Translations under genes and position numbers: made by a program
The notes under the pieces: model-generated
What the model was told of the DNA's origin: nothing
What the model saw: the letters and a program-made list of their open reading frames with translations, nothing else
Database searches by the model: none
Part shown: positions 28,201 through 36,423 of the stretch, piece after piece
Layout of the letters: each line of letters begins with the position of its first letter
Position numbering within the stretch: position 1 is the stretch's first letter
DNA from: a virus
Reading direction: 5' to 3' (one strand)
IMG/VR virus record: IMGVR_UViG_3300006162_000011
Length of the DNA stretch: 64,000 nt

Positions 28201-30004
28201 ACGCACAGCCAAGATTACTCGCGGAGCAACCGAATACACGCCGGTTGCGAGTGGTGGCGGCGGACCAGGAGTCAATGATTATTCTGGCGTGGCTTATTCT
28301 GACGATGGTCTGATGTGCGAGCAGTACGGCTTTGCGCCCGCTGTGACGGGCACGGTCTCAACGAACGCGACAACCGCAGTGACGTGGGTCAGCGGAGCGC
28401 AGTTCGATACTCTCAATCTTTGGGTAGGCCGGACAATTACAATCAACTCTGTAGCTTATCTGGTAGCAACGGAGAACTCGGCAACATCGTTGACTCTGAA
28501 GAGTGCGGCGGCAGGGACAGGAACCTTCTCCTATTCAATCAGCCCTCCCCCAGCGAGCGGCGTTTGTTCAACAAACATTCCGTTCACCGAATATTTCACC
28601 ATCCACGATGGATCAAACGTTCTCGACAGTCAGTTCTCGGAAATCACCGAAACTGGCGGCGGATCAAACGGCCCTGGCCCGCTCATCGGCGGTCAAACTT
28701 ACTCACCTCCTGGAGCCGTCGCAGCCTGTCTGCCAACGAACGTTAGCTACTATGGGCCGTATTCGGCTAGTTGGGGAACGTATCCAAATCATGCTGGCGT
28801 CTTTGATCCTACTCATCCTGCGAATATGTACGTGTGTCAGAATGTCTCTGGATGCTCAAGTGCTCCTCCGACTGGCTGGCTGGATCAAACCGTTACAGGT
28901 GGTCCGATCATGTGCTACAACTCGGTCTGGAACGTGGACAGTGGGCGTCTTAATGCCTGCTACATCCGTAATCCCATCGGCAACATCAATGCCGGACACT
29001 GCCCAGGCCACGAGATTCACGCCGTCTACAACTACGGCGACTCGAATGCCGTGAAGCACATCTACAATCAGCGCACGATTGATGGTTATACAAATCCGTG
29101 GCCGATTGTGCAGTTGGTCAACGTATCTCCGCAAGGCGATCAGCATGGAAGCGGACAAAACGATAGCCTGACGAACCCCGCGCCGATGCTGGGAATTGCC
29201 AACACGGATGTACCGACACAGACTTACGCGCTGGCCGACGCCCACGCACTGGGGACAGCGGCAGGATACACAGAATATGTCGGAGCGCAGACTTCCGGTT
29301 CCGGCATCTTCTATCGCTTCAACCATAACTTCTCGTCCGGTATCGAGAATGATTTTGCTGCCCAAAACAACCTCAGTCTAAGTTCTCAAGACGGTAAGTG
29401 GGCGATGGTTCCAACGGACATGATGGGGACGCGGGGATCGCGTTCGACGGGAACATGGCAAAACAATCACCACTATGTTTTAGGCACGTCACTCCAGCCG
29501 CTTAATCCGACGAACAACTCCGGCGCCTACGACTTTGTGGTGATGATCGATGGCACCAGTAATGCAAGTGCAGCCTCAGAGCCCAATTGGAATACCTGCA
29601 CGCCAACCTGCACGGACGGTACAGTTACGTGGGAGCGCGCGGCCGGCTCCTGCAACACTTACAAATCCTCGTCTGTCTGGAATGGCACGGTCTATACGGG
29701 AGTGCAGCGGTTCGCACCCGCGCTCTCGTCCTTCGTCGGAGCAACGGTAAATCTCGGTGACACGGTGATGCCGGTCGGCGCGAATGATCTGTTCTTGGCG
29801 TGCGGGAGCTTCACGACAGGCACTCTAAGTTGCAACGGCGGGACACCCGGAACTCCAAGCGGTGCGGCTCCTGCTTGGCAGACGGTCTGTCCGAATTATG
29901 GCAACCTTTGCACTTACGCCAGTGGCGGCCCGACGTTTGTAAATATTGGGCAATCGGACTGCCGAGCGGATATTATGTTGGTAGATCTGCTGAGCGCACA
30001 TTGA
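25166..30004 (+). CDS. giant right-handed beta-helix protein (tailspike/polysaccharide depolymerase-like), with signal-peptide-like N-terminus
   Basis: 'MKRLLMLLALCSIPAWA-THT'. Periodic beta-helix rungs 'NNYFHGW', 'NNVFDGS', 'GNVFRHL', 'DNWFTDL', 'NNKVTNI', 'NNVLWGN', 'VNNTVSQ'. 1612 aa. Confidence 0.8.
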   Translation: MKRLLMLLALCSIPAWATHTCTTCYISAAGSDSYDGTSKTHTSGSVGPWAHAPGMPNATGNAASQVPVVGDSYIFHGGDSWHYGNGALATSTGGTWAWSWGGSGGIYLGVDQTWFSGGSWARPILTGDNATSTSFVTSCTYDESSLGSFLRLNSGSNYVTIDNFEFVGVCWLTGGGPEYIYSASSANTHNTVQNNYFHGWTVDDATAQDNLYGYYGSGSRLASFNTIQNNVFDGSDSSSAGASSSHCHFAGYTAYPCYSGGGVYQEAYDIHGNVFRHLSNMGVTTNTATMHDNWFTDLQTTFQASGQHANCMNVETNIAGGSMSVYNNKVTNIASTQCFYLTVGNGGTLYFFNNVLWGNMNPPTGASPNNCIILGIADSGGSGTANIVNNTVSQAGGSGGGCKVQLSNDNSPYFRWNGVVNFQNNDLIGLSSPISNFYYLNPGSNPPCNISCTENDLGNELFRTEAAANAQNYLSTNDYSPGNGGGTYSTAGAGANLNPSCGIFGTALCSGTSDSVTEQSGSGGKIASYPAITVNARPTAWDTGAYQYIASSGGMRMSGNMVLKGSWSLTTNTGSSSLVYSARTDNCAVGTESGCGSTADASAMLFDLSPASLTYNHYLPFQTLAVTSSSYCPSTASGTFNTTATDPDFHSYLIMVTDPCTYNLNNTMNLQEPTDTNYFNLDSSFIEVLSNGGGPYFLYLNTALAHSGNCSPTNPCLSASNIGGGVSTSYTLSGIVGNGTTATATCATNCGALPVGYYVTITGNSQQNFDRIFTVTGVTGGPVTSFTFASTTNATGTGGSANYSFGCNVNCTNTQGGPNTTFSRVSGEPNVIYEVQNGVTVYKLTVCRNGFSDAVCSSTATDTFTRAIWANFADSVNGVLPTDYNSTWGGTFGVAADGSTTVTSAGGGSYQTINQQPGVAGCPSCAISSTDVFILPVNNNTQNMGYQASTGTISGTEPNWHSLCPNVTNTCTDGSVTWTNIGKLTGQGPGFDELHFGSPIANTARGYSRLNTRTAKITRGATEYTPVASGGGGPGVNDYSGVAYSDDGLMCEQYGFAPAVTGTVSTNATTAVTWVSGAQFDTLNLWVGRTITINSVAYLVATENSATSLTLKSAAAGTGTFSYSISPPPASGVCSTNIPFTEYFTIHDGSNVLDSQFSEITETGGGSNGPGPLIGGQTYSPPGAVAACLPTNVSYYGPYSASWGTYPNHAGVFDPTHPANMYVCQNVSGCSSAPPTGWLDQTVTGGPIMCYNSVWNVDSGRLNACYIRNPIGNINAGHCPGHEIHAVYNYGDSNAVKHIYNQRTIDGYTNPWPIVQLVNVSPQGDQHGSGQNDSLTNPAPMLGIANTDVPTQTYALADAHALGTAAGYTEYVGAQTSGSGIFYRFNHNFSSGIENDFAAQNNLSLSSQDGKWAMVPTDMMGTRGSRSTGTWQNNHHYVLGTSLQPLNPTNNSGAYDFVVMIDGTSNASAASEPNWNTCTPTCTDGTVTWERAAGSCNTYKSSSVWNGTVYTGVQRFAPALSSFVGATVNLGDTVMPVGANDLFLACGSFTTGTLSCNGGTPGTPSGAAPAWQTVCPNYGNLCTYASGGPTFVNIGQSDCRADIMLVDLLSAH

Positions 30005-30031
30005 TTTTTGATCTGGCCGAGGTAGGAGAAG

Positions 30032-30214
30032 ATGAATCATGGAACGGTGGATACACTTCTTGGAGTGGGATCAATCGCGGCTATCCTTATTAGCACTTTT
30101 GGGGTCTACATTCTTACTCGTCGTGATAGTAGGCTGGATTCATTGGAGACGACAGACAAAAATCACGAGAGCCGAATTTCGTTCCTTGAAGGCCGGTCGC
30201 AGAGACGGAGGTAG
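30032..30214 (+). CDS. small single-TM protein (holin-like candidate)
   Basis: AGGAG Shine-Dalgarno. TM helix 'LLGVGSIAAILISTFGVYIL' and a charged C-terminus. Confidence 0.5.
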   Translation: MNHGTVDTLLGVGSIAAILISTFGVYILTRRDSRLDSLETTDKNHESRISFLEGRSQRRR

Positions 30215-30215
30215 C

Positions 30216-30578
30216 GTGTTTTCCCCAAGTTTATGGATTATAGCGCCGTGCGTGATACTGACGCTGGTCATCTCCGCGTCTATTCCGGTTGAACACGCGG
30301 CGGTGCAAAACAACGTCCACACGATGGGAAGATTATATTTGCCGCACGTCGTTGAAGAACTGGACAATTTCACGTTTTACATGGAGCCTCCGGGTGATCC
30401 CGATCATAGAGTAAAAGACCGTTTCTGTGATAAATCAGGTCAGAAGCCGCTATTTGACGAAGGGCAAACGCTGAAGTGGATGAAGTATCGAGTAGACGTA
30501 CAAAATAACTGTCTCGAACTGTTGGGCGCGGATTGCGAGCGCACGGATGGAGATAGCGGGCCATGTACAAGGAGATGA
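30216..30578 (+). CDS. membrane-anchored hypothetical protein
   Basis: GTG 30216 lies 5 nt after GGAGG and 2 nt after the previous TAG. N-terminal helix 'LWIIAPCVILTLVISA'. Confidence 0.5.
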   Translation: MFSPSLWIIAPCVILTLVISASIPVEHAAVQNNVHTMGRLYLPHVVEELDNFTFYMEPPGDPDHRVKDRFCDKSGQKPLFDEGQTLKWMKYRVDVQNNCLELLGADCERTDGDSGPCTRR

Positions 30579-30583
30579 AAATC

Positions 30584-30775
30584 ATGCCACAAGATCACGA
30601 AGGAAAACCGATTACCACAGGCACGGAACTATACCTGCCTGTCAAAGTCGTAGCCATCGAAGCTGACGGCTCATTGAATTGCGTTACCGGATATTCCGGG
30701 AACCCAGTTAATGGGGTTGTTGGCTCTGACACGCATCACGGACAGCCTCCATCATGGCCAGCAATGCCAGCGTAG
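30584..30775 (+). CDS. hypothetical small protein
   Basis: ATG 30584 lies 8 nt after AGGAG. 63 aa. Confidence 0.4.
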   Translation: MPQDHEGKPITTGTELYLPVKVVAIEADGSLNCVTGYSGNPVNGVVGSDTHHGQPPSWPAMPA

Positions 30776-30804
30776 ACGGCGACTTTTTAATTAGGAGCCT
30801 ATCA

Positions 30805-31035
30805 ATGAACGTGTGGGGGCCAGTAATTATCTCAATCGCGTGCGGCGTCGTCGCACACATGATGGTTGCTGCTTATTTTTATGGGAGGCTAATCCGTACC
30901 GTGGAAATCAATACAAAGCGGATCGACCATCTTGAAGTCAAGGTAGATCAACACGACAAGTTCATTGCCGGTTTAACGGCGGTGGGGTGCCCCCATCCCG
31001 ACTGTGTGTTTCACTACAAACCTACGGAGGATTGA
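30805..31035 (+). CDS. small single-TM protein (holin/antiholin-like candidate)
   Basis: AGGAG Shine-Dalgarno. 'VWGPVIISIACGVVAHMMVAAYFY', then a charged helix 'RIDHLEVKVDQHDKF'. Confidence 0.55.
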   Translation: MNVWGPVIISIACGVVAHMMVAAYFYGRLIRTVEINTKRIDHLEVKVDQHDKFIAGLTAVGCPHPDCVFHYKPTED

Positions 31036-31037
31036 TT

Positions 31038-31268
31038 ATGTGGACTAAAATCGTAGCATGGTGGAATGGATTGAATCATGTTGTGCAGGCTGTGTTGATT
31101 CTGTTCGCAGGCACGGTCGTTGACAGCGTTTATAAGCAGTTGACCGTTCCCAATGCCTGCATGACGTGGGCGTGCTGGGGACAGGATATTTCCGGGGGGC
31201 TACATGCCGGGATCTCGGCGGTGATTGCGCTCTATATCCAAAGTAGCCGGGGGCAAGCGAAGCCGTGA
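31038..31268 (+). CDS. small two-TM protein (holin candidate)
   Basis: GGAGG Shine-Dalgarno. 'VVQAVLILFAGTVV' and 'LHAGISAVIALYI'. Immediately upstream of the endolysin. Confidence 0.55.
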   Translation: MWTKIVAWWNGLNHVVQAVLILFAGTVVDSVYKQLTVPNACMTWACWGQDISGGLHAGISAVIALYIQSSRGQAKP

Positions 31269-31777
31269 TGGACGCCATCAGTCAAACTCGATTGGCTCTG
31301 ATCAATCCCCGTTTTTCGGACACAATTGAGCACCTTGCCGAACTGCTCGAAGCCGAAGGAATAGTGATCCGGGTAACGCAGGGATTACGAAGTTGGCAGC
31401 AACAAGCCGTGCTGTACGCTCAAGGCAGAACGCAGCCGGGAAATATCGTTACCAACGCCCCCCCGGGCCACAGTTGGCACCAATTTGGACTGGCAGTAGA
31501 CGTGGCTCCATTCGACGCTCAGGGTAGCCCAGATTGGAATTCCAACGATGCCCAATGGAAGCGTATTATTGGATTAGGAGAGAGTCTGGGGTTAGTTTCT
31601 GGCAGCACGTTCATTCACTGCCCAGACAACCCCCACTTTCAGATGACTGGCATTTTCCCAGAATCGCCGAACGATGAAGTACGGCAAATCTTTCTCGGAG
31701 CGGGCATGTCAGAGGTTTGGAAAGAAGCTGGCCTCTTTGATACTGACTCCGATTCACCCGAAACACTTTCAACTTAG
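31265..31777 (+). CDS. endolysin, peptidase M15 (VanY / L-Ala-D-Glu peptidase-like)
   Basis: 'RVTQGLRSWQQQ', 'PPGHSWHQFGLAVDV' (SxHxxGxAxD) and 'CPDNPHFQM' zinc-ligand pattern. The start could be GTG 31265 or ATG 31268. Confidence 0.85.
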   Translation: MMDAISQTRLALINPRFSDTIEHLAELLEAEGIVIRVTQGLRSWQQQAVLYAQGRTQPGNIVTNAPPGHSWHQFGLAVDVAPFDAQGSPDWNSNDAQWKRIIGLGESLGLVSGSTFIHCPDNPHFQMTGIFPESPNDEVRQIFLGAGMSEVWKEAGLFDTDSDSPETLST

Positions 31778-31789
31778 AGAGGAAACAAC

Positions 31790-32326
31790 ATGAGAAAATC
31801 ACTACTCGCAACCGTTTTGACTTGTGCTGTCCTGCTGCTGACCGCCTGCGCTATTCAATGGGCAACGATTATTGCCACCGCCGAAGCCATCTCGCAACTC
31901 GTCGTCGTCGCCGATCCTTCCGCCGCCAAAGTCGCCAAGATTTCCCAAATGGCCGTGACCGGTCTTCAGGTCATTGAGCAAACCTACAACGCGTACGAAT
32001 CCGACAAGACTGGAACCGGCAAGCTCGCCGCGTTTGAGGCTGCTGTGCTGGCATTCCAGCAAAACCTACCCGCTGAGTTGGCCGCCGCGCAGATATCGAA
32101 CCCGACCACAAAGGCCGCCGTCACCGCTGCCGTTAACATCGTGCTTGATTGGGTAGACGCATTAGCGGGACAGGTTCCGCAGTTATCCAAAAAGACGGCC
32201 GCCAACCGATCGCGCAGGGGCACCGGTGAGATACCGTCGAAACCGTTAATGAAGTCTCAAATCGTGGCCCGCTGGAAAACGGAAGTGTGCCGCGGCGATT
32301 CCACGTGTGCGGCGCTGGTACACTAA
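31790..32326 (+). CDS. lipoprotein (possible spanin-type lysis accessory)
   Basis: 'MRKSLLATVLTCAVLLLTA-C' lipobox. Alanine-rich helical body. Directly after the endolysin. Confidence 0.65.
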   Translation: MRKSLLATVLTCAVLLLTACAIQWATIIATAEAISQLVVVADPSAAKVAKISQMAVTGLQVIEQTYNAYESDKTGTGKLAAFEAAVLAFQQNLPAELAAAQISNPTTKAAVTAAVNIVLDWVDALAGQVPQLSKKTAANRSRRGTGEIPSKPLMKSQIVARWKTEVCRGDSTCAALVH

Positions 32327-32327
32327 C

Positions 32328-32540
32328 GTGAAACAAACCGTTATATCAATCGCTCTACTGCTGTCCACGGTGCTCGCCAACGCGGGCACCTTGGACAGTA
32401 AATCGCTGTATATCGGCATCGGCATCGGTGCCGGATCGTTCGTGACGCGGAACTACGTCGCGCTGCCTGTGACTCGCGCAACCAAAAAAGCTGCCAAGAA
32501 AACCGCGCACACGGTTAAGAAGCTGATTGCGCCAAAGTGA
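32328..32540 (+). CDS. small secreted or membrane protein
   Basis: GTG 32328 lies 1 nt after the previous TAA. 'VISIALLLSTVLANA' signal-like, with a basic C-terminus. Confidence 0.45.
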   Translation: MKQTVISIALLLSTVLANAGTLDSKSLYIGIGIGAGSFVTRNYVALPVTRATKKAAKKTAHTVKKLIAPK

Positions 32541-32544
32541 TTCT

Positions 32545-33786
32545 ATGAACAGTAAACTCGGTCTGGTATTCGTACTGGTTTTGGCGATCACGCTACCCTG
32601 TCACGCCCAAGTCATCGACACCACGGCGAATCTTGGGGTCGCGAACGTGTTCACCCAGACGAACCAGTTTATTCTTGGCGTCGAGTTTGGCCCCGTCCTG
32701 TTTTCACAGCTCCCGTCCGAGATCGACGGAATCCAGATTTATTGCGCGGACTGTCACCAGACGAATCCGTGCTCGGCGGGCGGAACCGGCGCCATGGCTG
32801 CGGGTATCGATGGCGTGTGGTCGTGTACGAATGGTGGCACAGCGACTCCGGTGTACACGCTTCAGGTTGCAGGCACACCATTGACGGCGGGAGACACGGT
32901 CAACTTTAACGCCAGTCTGCCGTCGGCACCGACAAACGGTTACAACGTCACGTTTGCTGCGTCGAAATCGGGATCGACCGACAGCGTCAGTGCGGCGATA
33001 ATCGGCGACGGCAACTCGGCGCACTGCTTTATCGGCACCGGAGCTTTTGCGACGTGTCCCGCGACGGGCGTAACCAGCATTAGCGCCGGTACAGGAATCA
33101 CGCTGACTCCGAATCCGATTGTTGGCACAGGCAGTGTGGCGATCACGAATACCGCAGTCACTCCCGGTAGCTACACAAGTGCCAATATCACCGTCAATCA
33201 GCAGGGCCAGATCACATCGGCAGCTAACGGAGGCTACACTCTACAGGTTGCTGGCGTATCGCTTACAGCAAACGACACGATAAATTTCAACAATACGCTG
33301 CCGACAGCACCGTCGAATGGTCTGAACGTAGTCTTCGCTACGTCTCGATCAGGCACCACGGACAGTGTGAGCGCGGCAGTCGTCGGCGACGGCAACTCAG
33401 CGCATTATCTGAACGGCACGGGTACATATACCACGCCTCCTGGAAGCTACGTGCCGTGTGGGGGACTGGGCTTAGGCGACGGTGTAAACGCAATCGCGGC
33501 GGCGACCTACCCGCAGTACGGGTGCACAAATAGATCAGGGGTTACGCGCACTATTACGGGCGTGTTCTGCTACACCGACAATGCGGGTACGTCAACACTG
33601 ACCGTGACCAACAACGCGGGTTCGACAATCAGCGGGCCGATTACGTGTAACAACACGAAGTCCGGCGGTGGGGCATCGGGGTCGCTGTCGATCACGACGA
33701 TGGTGAATAACGACGCTCTCAACTTCTCGTTTGTGTCGGATGGTGCGACAAAAACAACGACATGGTTGGTAACGTTAACCCAATAA
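32545..33786 (+). CDS. tail fibre-like protein with signal-peptide-like N-terminus
   Basis: 'MNSKLGLVFVLVLAITLPCHA-QV'. 'TPGSYTSANITVNQQGQITSAANG' resembles the common phage fibre repeat. Contains an internal duplication. Confidence 0.75.
   Translation: MNSKLGLVFVLVLAITLPCHAQVIDTTANLGVANVFTQTNQFILGVEFGPVLFSQLPSEIDGIQIYCADCHQTNPCSAGGTGAMAAGIDGVWSCTNGGTATPVYTLQVAGTPLTAGDTVNFNASLPSAPTNGYNVTFAASKSGSTDSVSAAIIGDGNSAHCFIGTGAFATCPATGVTSISAGTGITLTPNPIVGTGSVAITNTAVTPGSYTSANITVNQQGQITSAANGGYTLQVAGVSLTANDTINFNNTLPTAPSNGLNVVFATSRSGTTDSVSAAVVGDGNSAHYLNGTGTYTTPPGSYVPCGGLGLGDGVNAIAAATYPQYGCTNRSGVTRTITGVFCYTDNAGTSTLTVTNNAGSTISGPITCNNTKSGGGASGSLSITTMVNNDALNFSFVSDGATKTTTWLVTLTQ
32854..33405 (+). repeat. internal duplication within the fibre gene (57-aa cores, 381-nt period)
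   Basis: 'YTLQVAGTPLTAGDTVNFNASLPSAPTNGYNVTFAASKSGSTDSVSAAIIGDGNSAH' (32854-33024) versus 'YTLQVAGVSLTANDTINFNNTLPTAPSNGLNVVFATSRSGTTDSVSAAVVGDGNSAH' (33235-33405). Confidence 0.75.
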
Positions 33787-33791
33787 AATAA

Positions 33792-34595
33792 ATGAAGCGA
33801 CTAACTGCAATCTCGATACTATGCCTCTTGTGTTTACCGCTTTATGCAGTTCAGTCCCTTGTTCAGTCCAACGAGGGAGGTTCGGCGGCCTTCTCGGGGT
33901 CGTTTAGCGGATCGGGCTATTCGCTGGCTTCTAGTTCGGTCGGATTCACATCCCCAACCACGGGAGGAGATTTTCTTCTGCTTGTCTATTCTGTCAATTT
34001 TACTTATGGGACTCCTCAGTCAGTCGCGTGTACCGCGACGGTCTCCACCAGTGGATTTTCTTGGAGTTCTATATTTGGCTCTGCATGGTCGGATAGTATC
34101 GGTCATTGCGGGCGGGCGGGAATAGTATTCATTAACAACGCATCTTCTATGAATGTGCCGACGACCGTAACCGCACTTCTCGGAAACAGTGGTGGCTCGG
34201 TCACGGCGGCAAACGTGGAGTTCCAACTCTACGAATTCAGCGGAATAAACTCTACAACCTACGATGCGTTTAGCGGAATTACCTACGATTCCGCTACTCC
34301 GGCAATCCCAGCTCCCCCAGTCAGTCTAACGACGACTGCGACCGACTTGGTATTTACCGTTTATGGTGGGCTGATTGGGCAGTCCAATATCGCTGCGGGT
34401 TCCGGTTACACTCTGGGAATAAATTCCACGGTTGCCAATCCGGCGCAGTTTCAGTACAGCCTCAACGTCGCTCCAGGCTCTTACGCTGCGTCATTCGGTG
34501 GGGCGTCTACCTACTGGAACTGCATTGCGATGGCCTTTAAGGGTAGTGGAGGAACGCCAACTCCCGTCCCCCGTCATCGAGGATTCGTGAACTGA
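33792..34595 (+). CDS. secreted-type hypothetical protein (fibre partner, related to the 23368 protein)
   Basis: 'MKRLTAISILCLLCLPLYA-VQ'. 'TGGDFLLLVYSV' module. Sits directly after a fibre gene, as 23368 does. Confidence 0.65.
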   Translation: MKRLTAISILCLLCLPLYAVQSLVQSNEGGSAAFSGSFSGSGYSLASSSVGFTSPTTGGDFLLLVYSVNFTYGTPQSVACTATVSTSGFSWSSIFGSAWSDSIGHCGRAGIVFINNASSMNVPTTVTALLGNSGGSVTAANVEFQLYEFSGINSTTYDAFSGITYDSATPAIPAPPVSLTTTATDLVFTVYGGLIGQSNIAAGSGYTLGINSTVANPAQFQYSLNVAPGSYAASFGGASTYWNCIAMAFKGSGGTPTPVPRHRGFVN

Positions 34596-34596
34596 C

Positions 34597-35679
34597 ATGC
34601 CTCTGCCGCCCATTGTCTACATTACCGATTCCAGCAGCCAGCAGTGGCAAATTGCCTGCACGAATGCCGCGGTGCTCCGGTCCGTCCCGATCTCGGGCGG
34701 TCAGCCCGTCGTGCCCCACGTGTACGTCAACAGCGTTACCGACGGTCTGTCGTACGAAATCTCAATCGTCGGGAACCCGCCGCCGGTAGGGCGCTCGTGG
34801 GGAGATTTTCTCGTCACCAGTGTTCCACAGGGGCAATACCCGACGCAGATACTGATTAACGCTCCCAACGGCACCGTGTACGCGTTGCAGGTTGCCACCG
34901 TCGGGCCACCGATTATCGGATCGACGACACAAGGAATCCTGCAAACGGCGCTGCCGGTGTCGGGGTATAACTGCAACACGCCGATATCGGCGCTAGCTGG
35001 GAATGTGCTCGCGAGGTTGGAAGAGAATTACGCAAGCGGGATTGATGCCGGGCCGGTGTTCTGGAATACCCAGTTCGAAATCAACGCTGGGATTGTAGAG
35101 GCGTTGAACGAGACTATTCTGCTTGTCGGCAGACCGACACAAACCGTAAACGTGCAGTTCAATCTGGTTCCGAACACCCCGTGGCAGCAAATCCCGAAAG
35201 GCGTTCTGCTTTTGACTGACATCTGGGGAGGACAGAGCAGGCTCCGCAAAGTCTCCCTCTGGGACATGGATTACTCTCAGAGCAGTTGGGGCAGTGATTG
35301 GGAAAACGACGTAAGCGACAGCGGCCCCCAGCGATGGTTTCCTTTGGGCTTCGGAGCGTTCGGTATTCATCCGGCACCGTCCACACCGCAAATAGTTTTA
35401 CTCGACGGCATCGCGTATCCGACCATCAGTACGTACCCGTATGACGGAAGCCAAATCATGCCGTTCGAGAATCACTGGTTCGAAATGTTCGAGATGTACT
35501 GCGCCGTATACAGCCGCTTGAAAGAGGGCTCCCAAGAGTTCCAAGAGTCCATGCCCATGCTACAGAACTTCTACAAGCTCGCGGAGCGTATGACGCAGAT
35601 TCAAGATAGGCGAGACCCAATCGTGTTCAGTCAGAGCTTCGGCGGAACAGTGGGAGTTAACGCTCTCAAGAAGCGTTAG
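34597..35679 (+). CDS. hypothetical structural protein
   Basis: 360-aa ORF starting 1 nt after the previous stop. The 3' end overlaps the convergent HNH-AP2 gene by 14 nt. Confidence 0.65.
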   Translation: MPLPPIVYITDSSSQQWQIACTNAAVLRSVPISGGQPVVPHVYVNSVTDGLSYEISIVGNPPPVGRSWGDFLVTSVPQGQYPTQILINAPNGTVYALQVATVGPPIIGSTTQGILQTALPVSGYNCNTPISALAGNVLARLEENYASGIDAGPVFWNTQFEINAGIVEALNETILLVGRPTQTVNVQFNLVPNTPWQQIPKGVLLLTDIWGGQSRLRKVSLWDMDYSQSSWGSDWENDVSDSGPQRWFPLGFGAFGIHPAPSTPQIVLLDGIAYPTISTYPYDGSQIMPFENHWFEMFEMYCAVYSRLKEGSQEFQESMPMLQNFYKLAERMTQIQDRRDPIVFSQSFGGTVGVNALKKR

Positions 35680-36364
35680 GAAAATTTAAGCAAGCGAACT
35701 CCCCGAAATACCGGAGTGCAGCTCTATCGTATGCCCTTGCGGCTTCCGGTGCTGTCTTGAATGTTCCTAGAAAACGCCGTTTACGCTCGAAATTGATAAC
35801 TGCTCTCCATCTCTTTCGTTCTTTTCTCCAGATCACTCCCTTGTAACCGCTAGTGTTATTGCGGGCTAATCCTTGGTTTGATGCGTTCTGTTGGTCACTG
35901 CACGGACGAAGATTGTCTTCTAGGTTATCGAGTGTGTTTCTGTTTTTGTGGTCACACTCTACACACGTAGGGAGGCCAAGAATGACATGGTGCATTCGCG
36001 CCATTACGGGTTTACCGTCCAACCACGCCTGTGTGCTGGCGTAATACACCTGCTTCCCGGTTTTCTTTTGCGCGTTCCAACTCCACTCCAGTAATCGTTT
36101 ATAGTTTCTAGCGTCTACAAATGTGTACTGGCCTCTTGTGAGAGCTATTCTTCTGGCAGAACGACCACGAATTTCATAGAACTTGTCATCGATAGGAGGA
36201 CGACGTGCATTGCATCGACACTGTCTACACATTTCAGCGCGTTTGCCATACTTGGGGCCACCACACACAGCACACTTAAATGTCAGGCATTTGGGTGATC
36301 TTGCTTCCCGATTCGGGGGTGTATACTGCAAGTGCGGCTTCGCAGCCGGTTCGCTCCGGTGCAT
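35666..36364 (-). CDS. HNH-AP2 homing endonuclease
   Basis: N-terminal Zn ribbon 'CAVCGG...CRQCR'. HNH 'MHHVILGL...CDHKNRNTLDNLEDNLRPCSDQQN'. AP2 'SGYKGVIWRKERKRWRAVINFERKRRFLGTFKTAPEAARAYDRAALRYFGEFACLNFP'. Confidence 0.85.
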   Translation of the reverse strand: MHRSEPAAKPHLQYTPPNREARSPKCLTFKCAVCGGPKYGKRAEMCRQCRCNARRPPIDDKFYEIRGRSARRIALTRGQYTFVDARNYKRLLEWSWNAQKKTGKQVYYASTQAWLDGKPVMARMHHVILGLPTCVECDHKNRNTLDNLEDNLRPCSDQQNASNQGLARNNTSGYKGVIWRKERKRWRAVINFERKRRFLGTFKTAPEAARAYDRAALRYFGEFACLNFPNAS

Positions 36365-36387
36365 AGTCCTGACCTCAGATTAGGATT

Positions 36388-36417
36388 GTGCGGCAGGCCG
36401 CACTAGATTATTATACT
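36388..36417. promoter_or_regulatory. inverted repeat plus overlapping divergent -10 elements
   Basis: GTGCGGC-AG-GCCGCAC at 36388-36403. TATACT (+, 36412-36417) lies 6 nt before ATG 36424. TATAAT is present on the minus strand (36415-36410). Confidence 0.35.
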
Positions 36418-36423
36418 CTTGTC

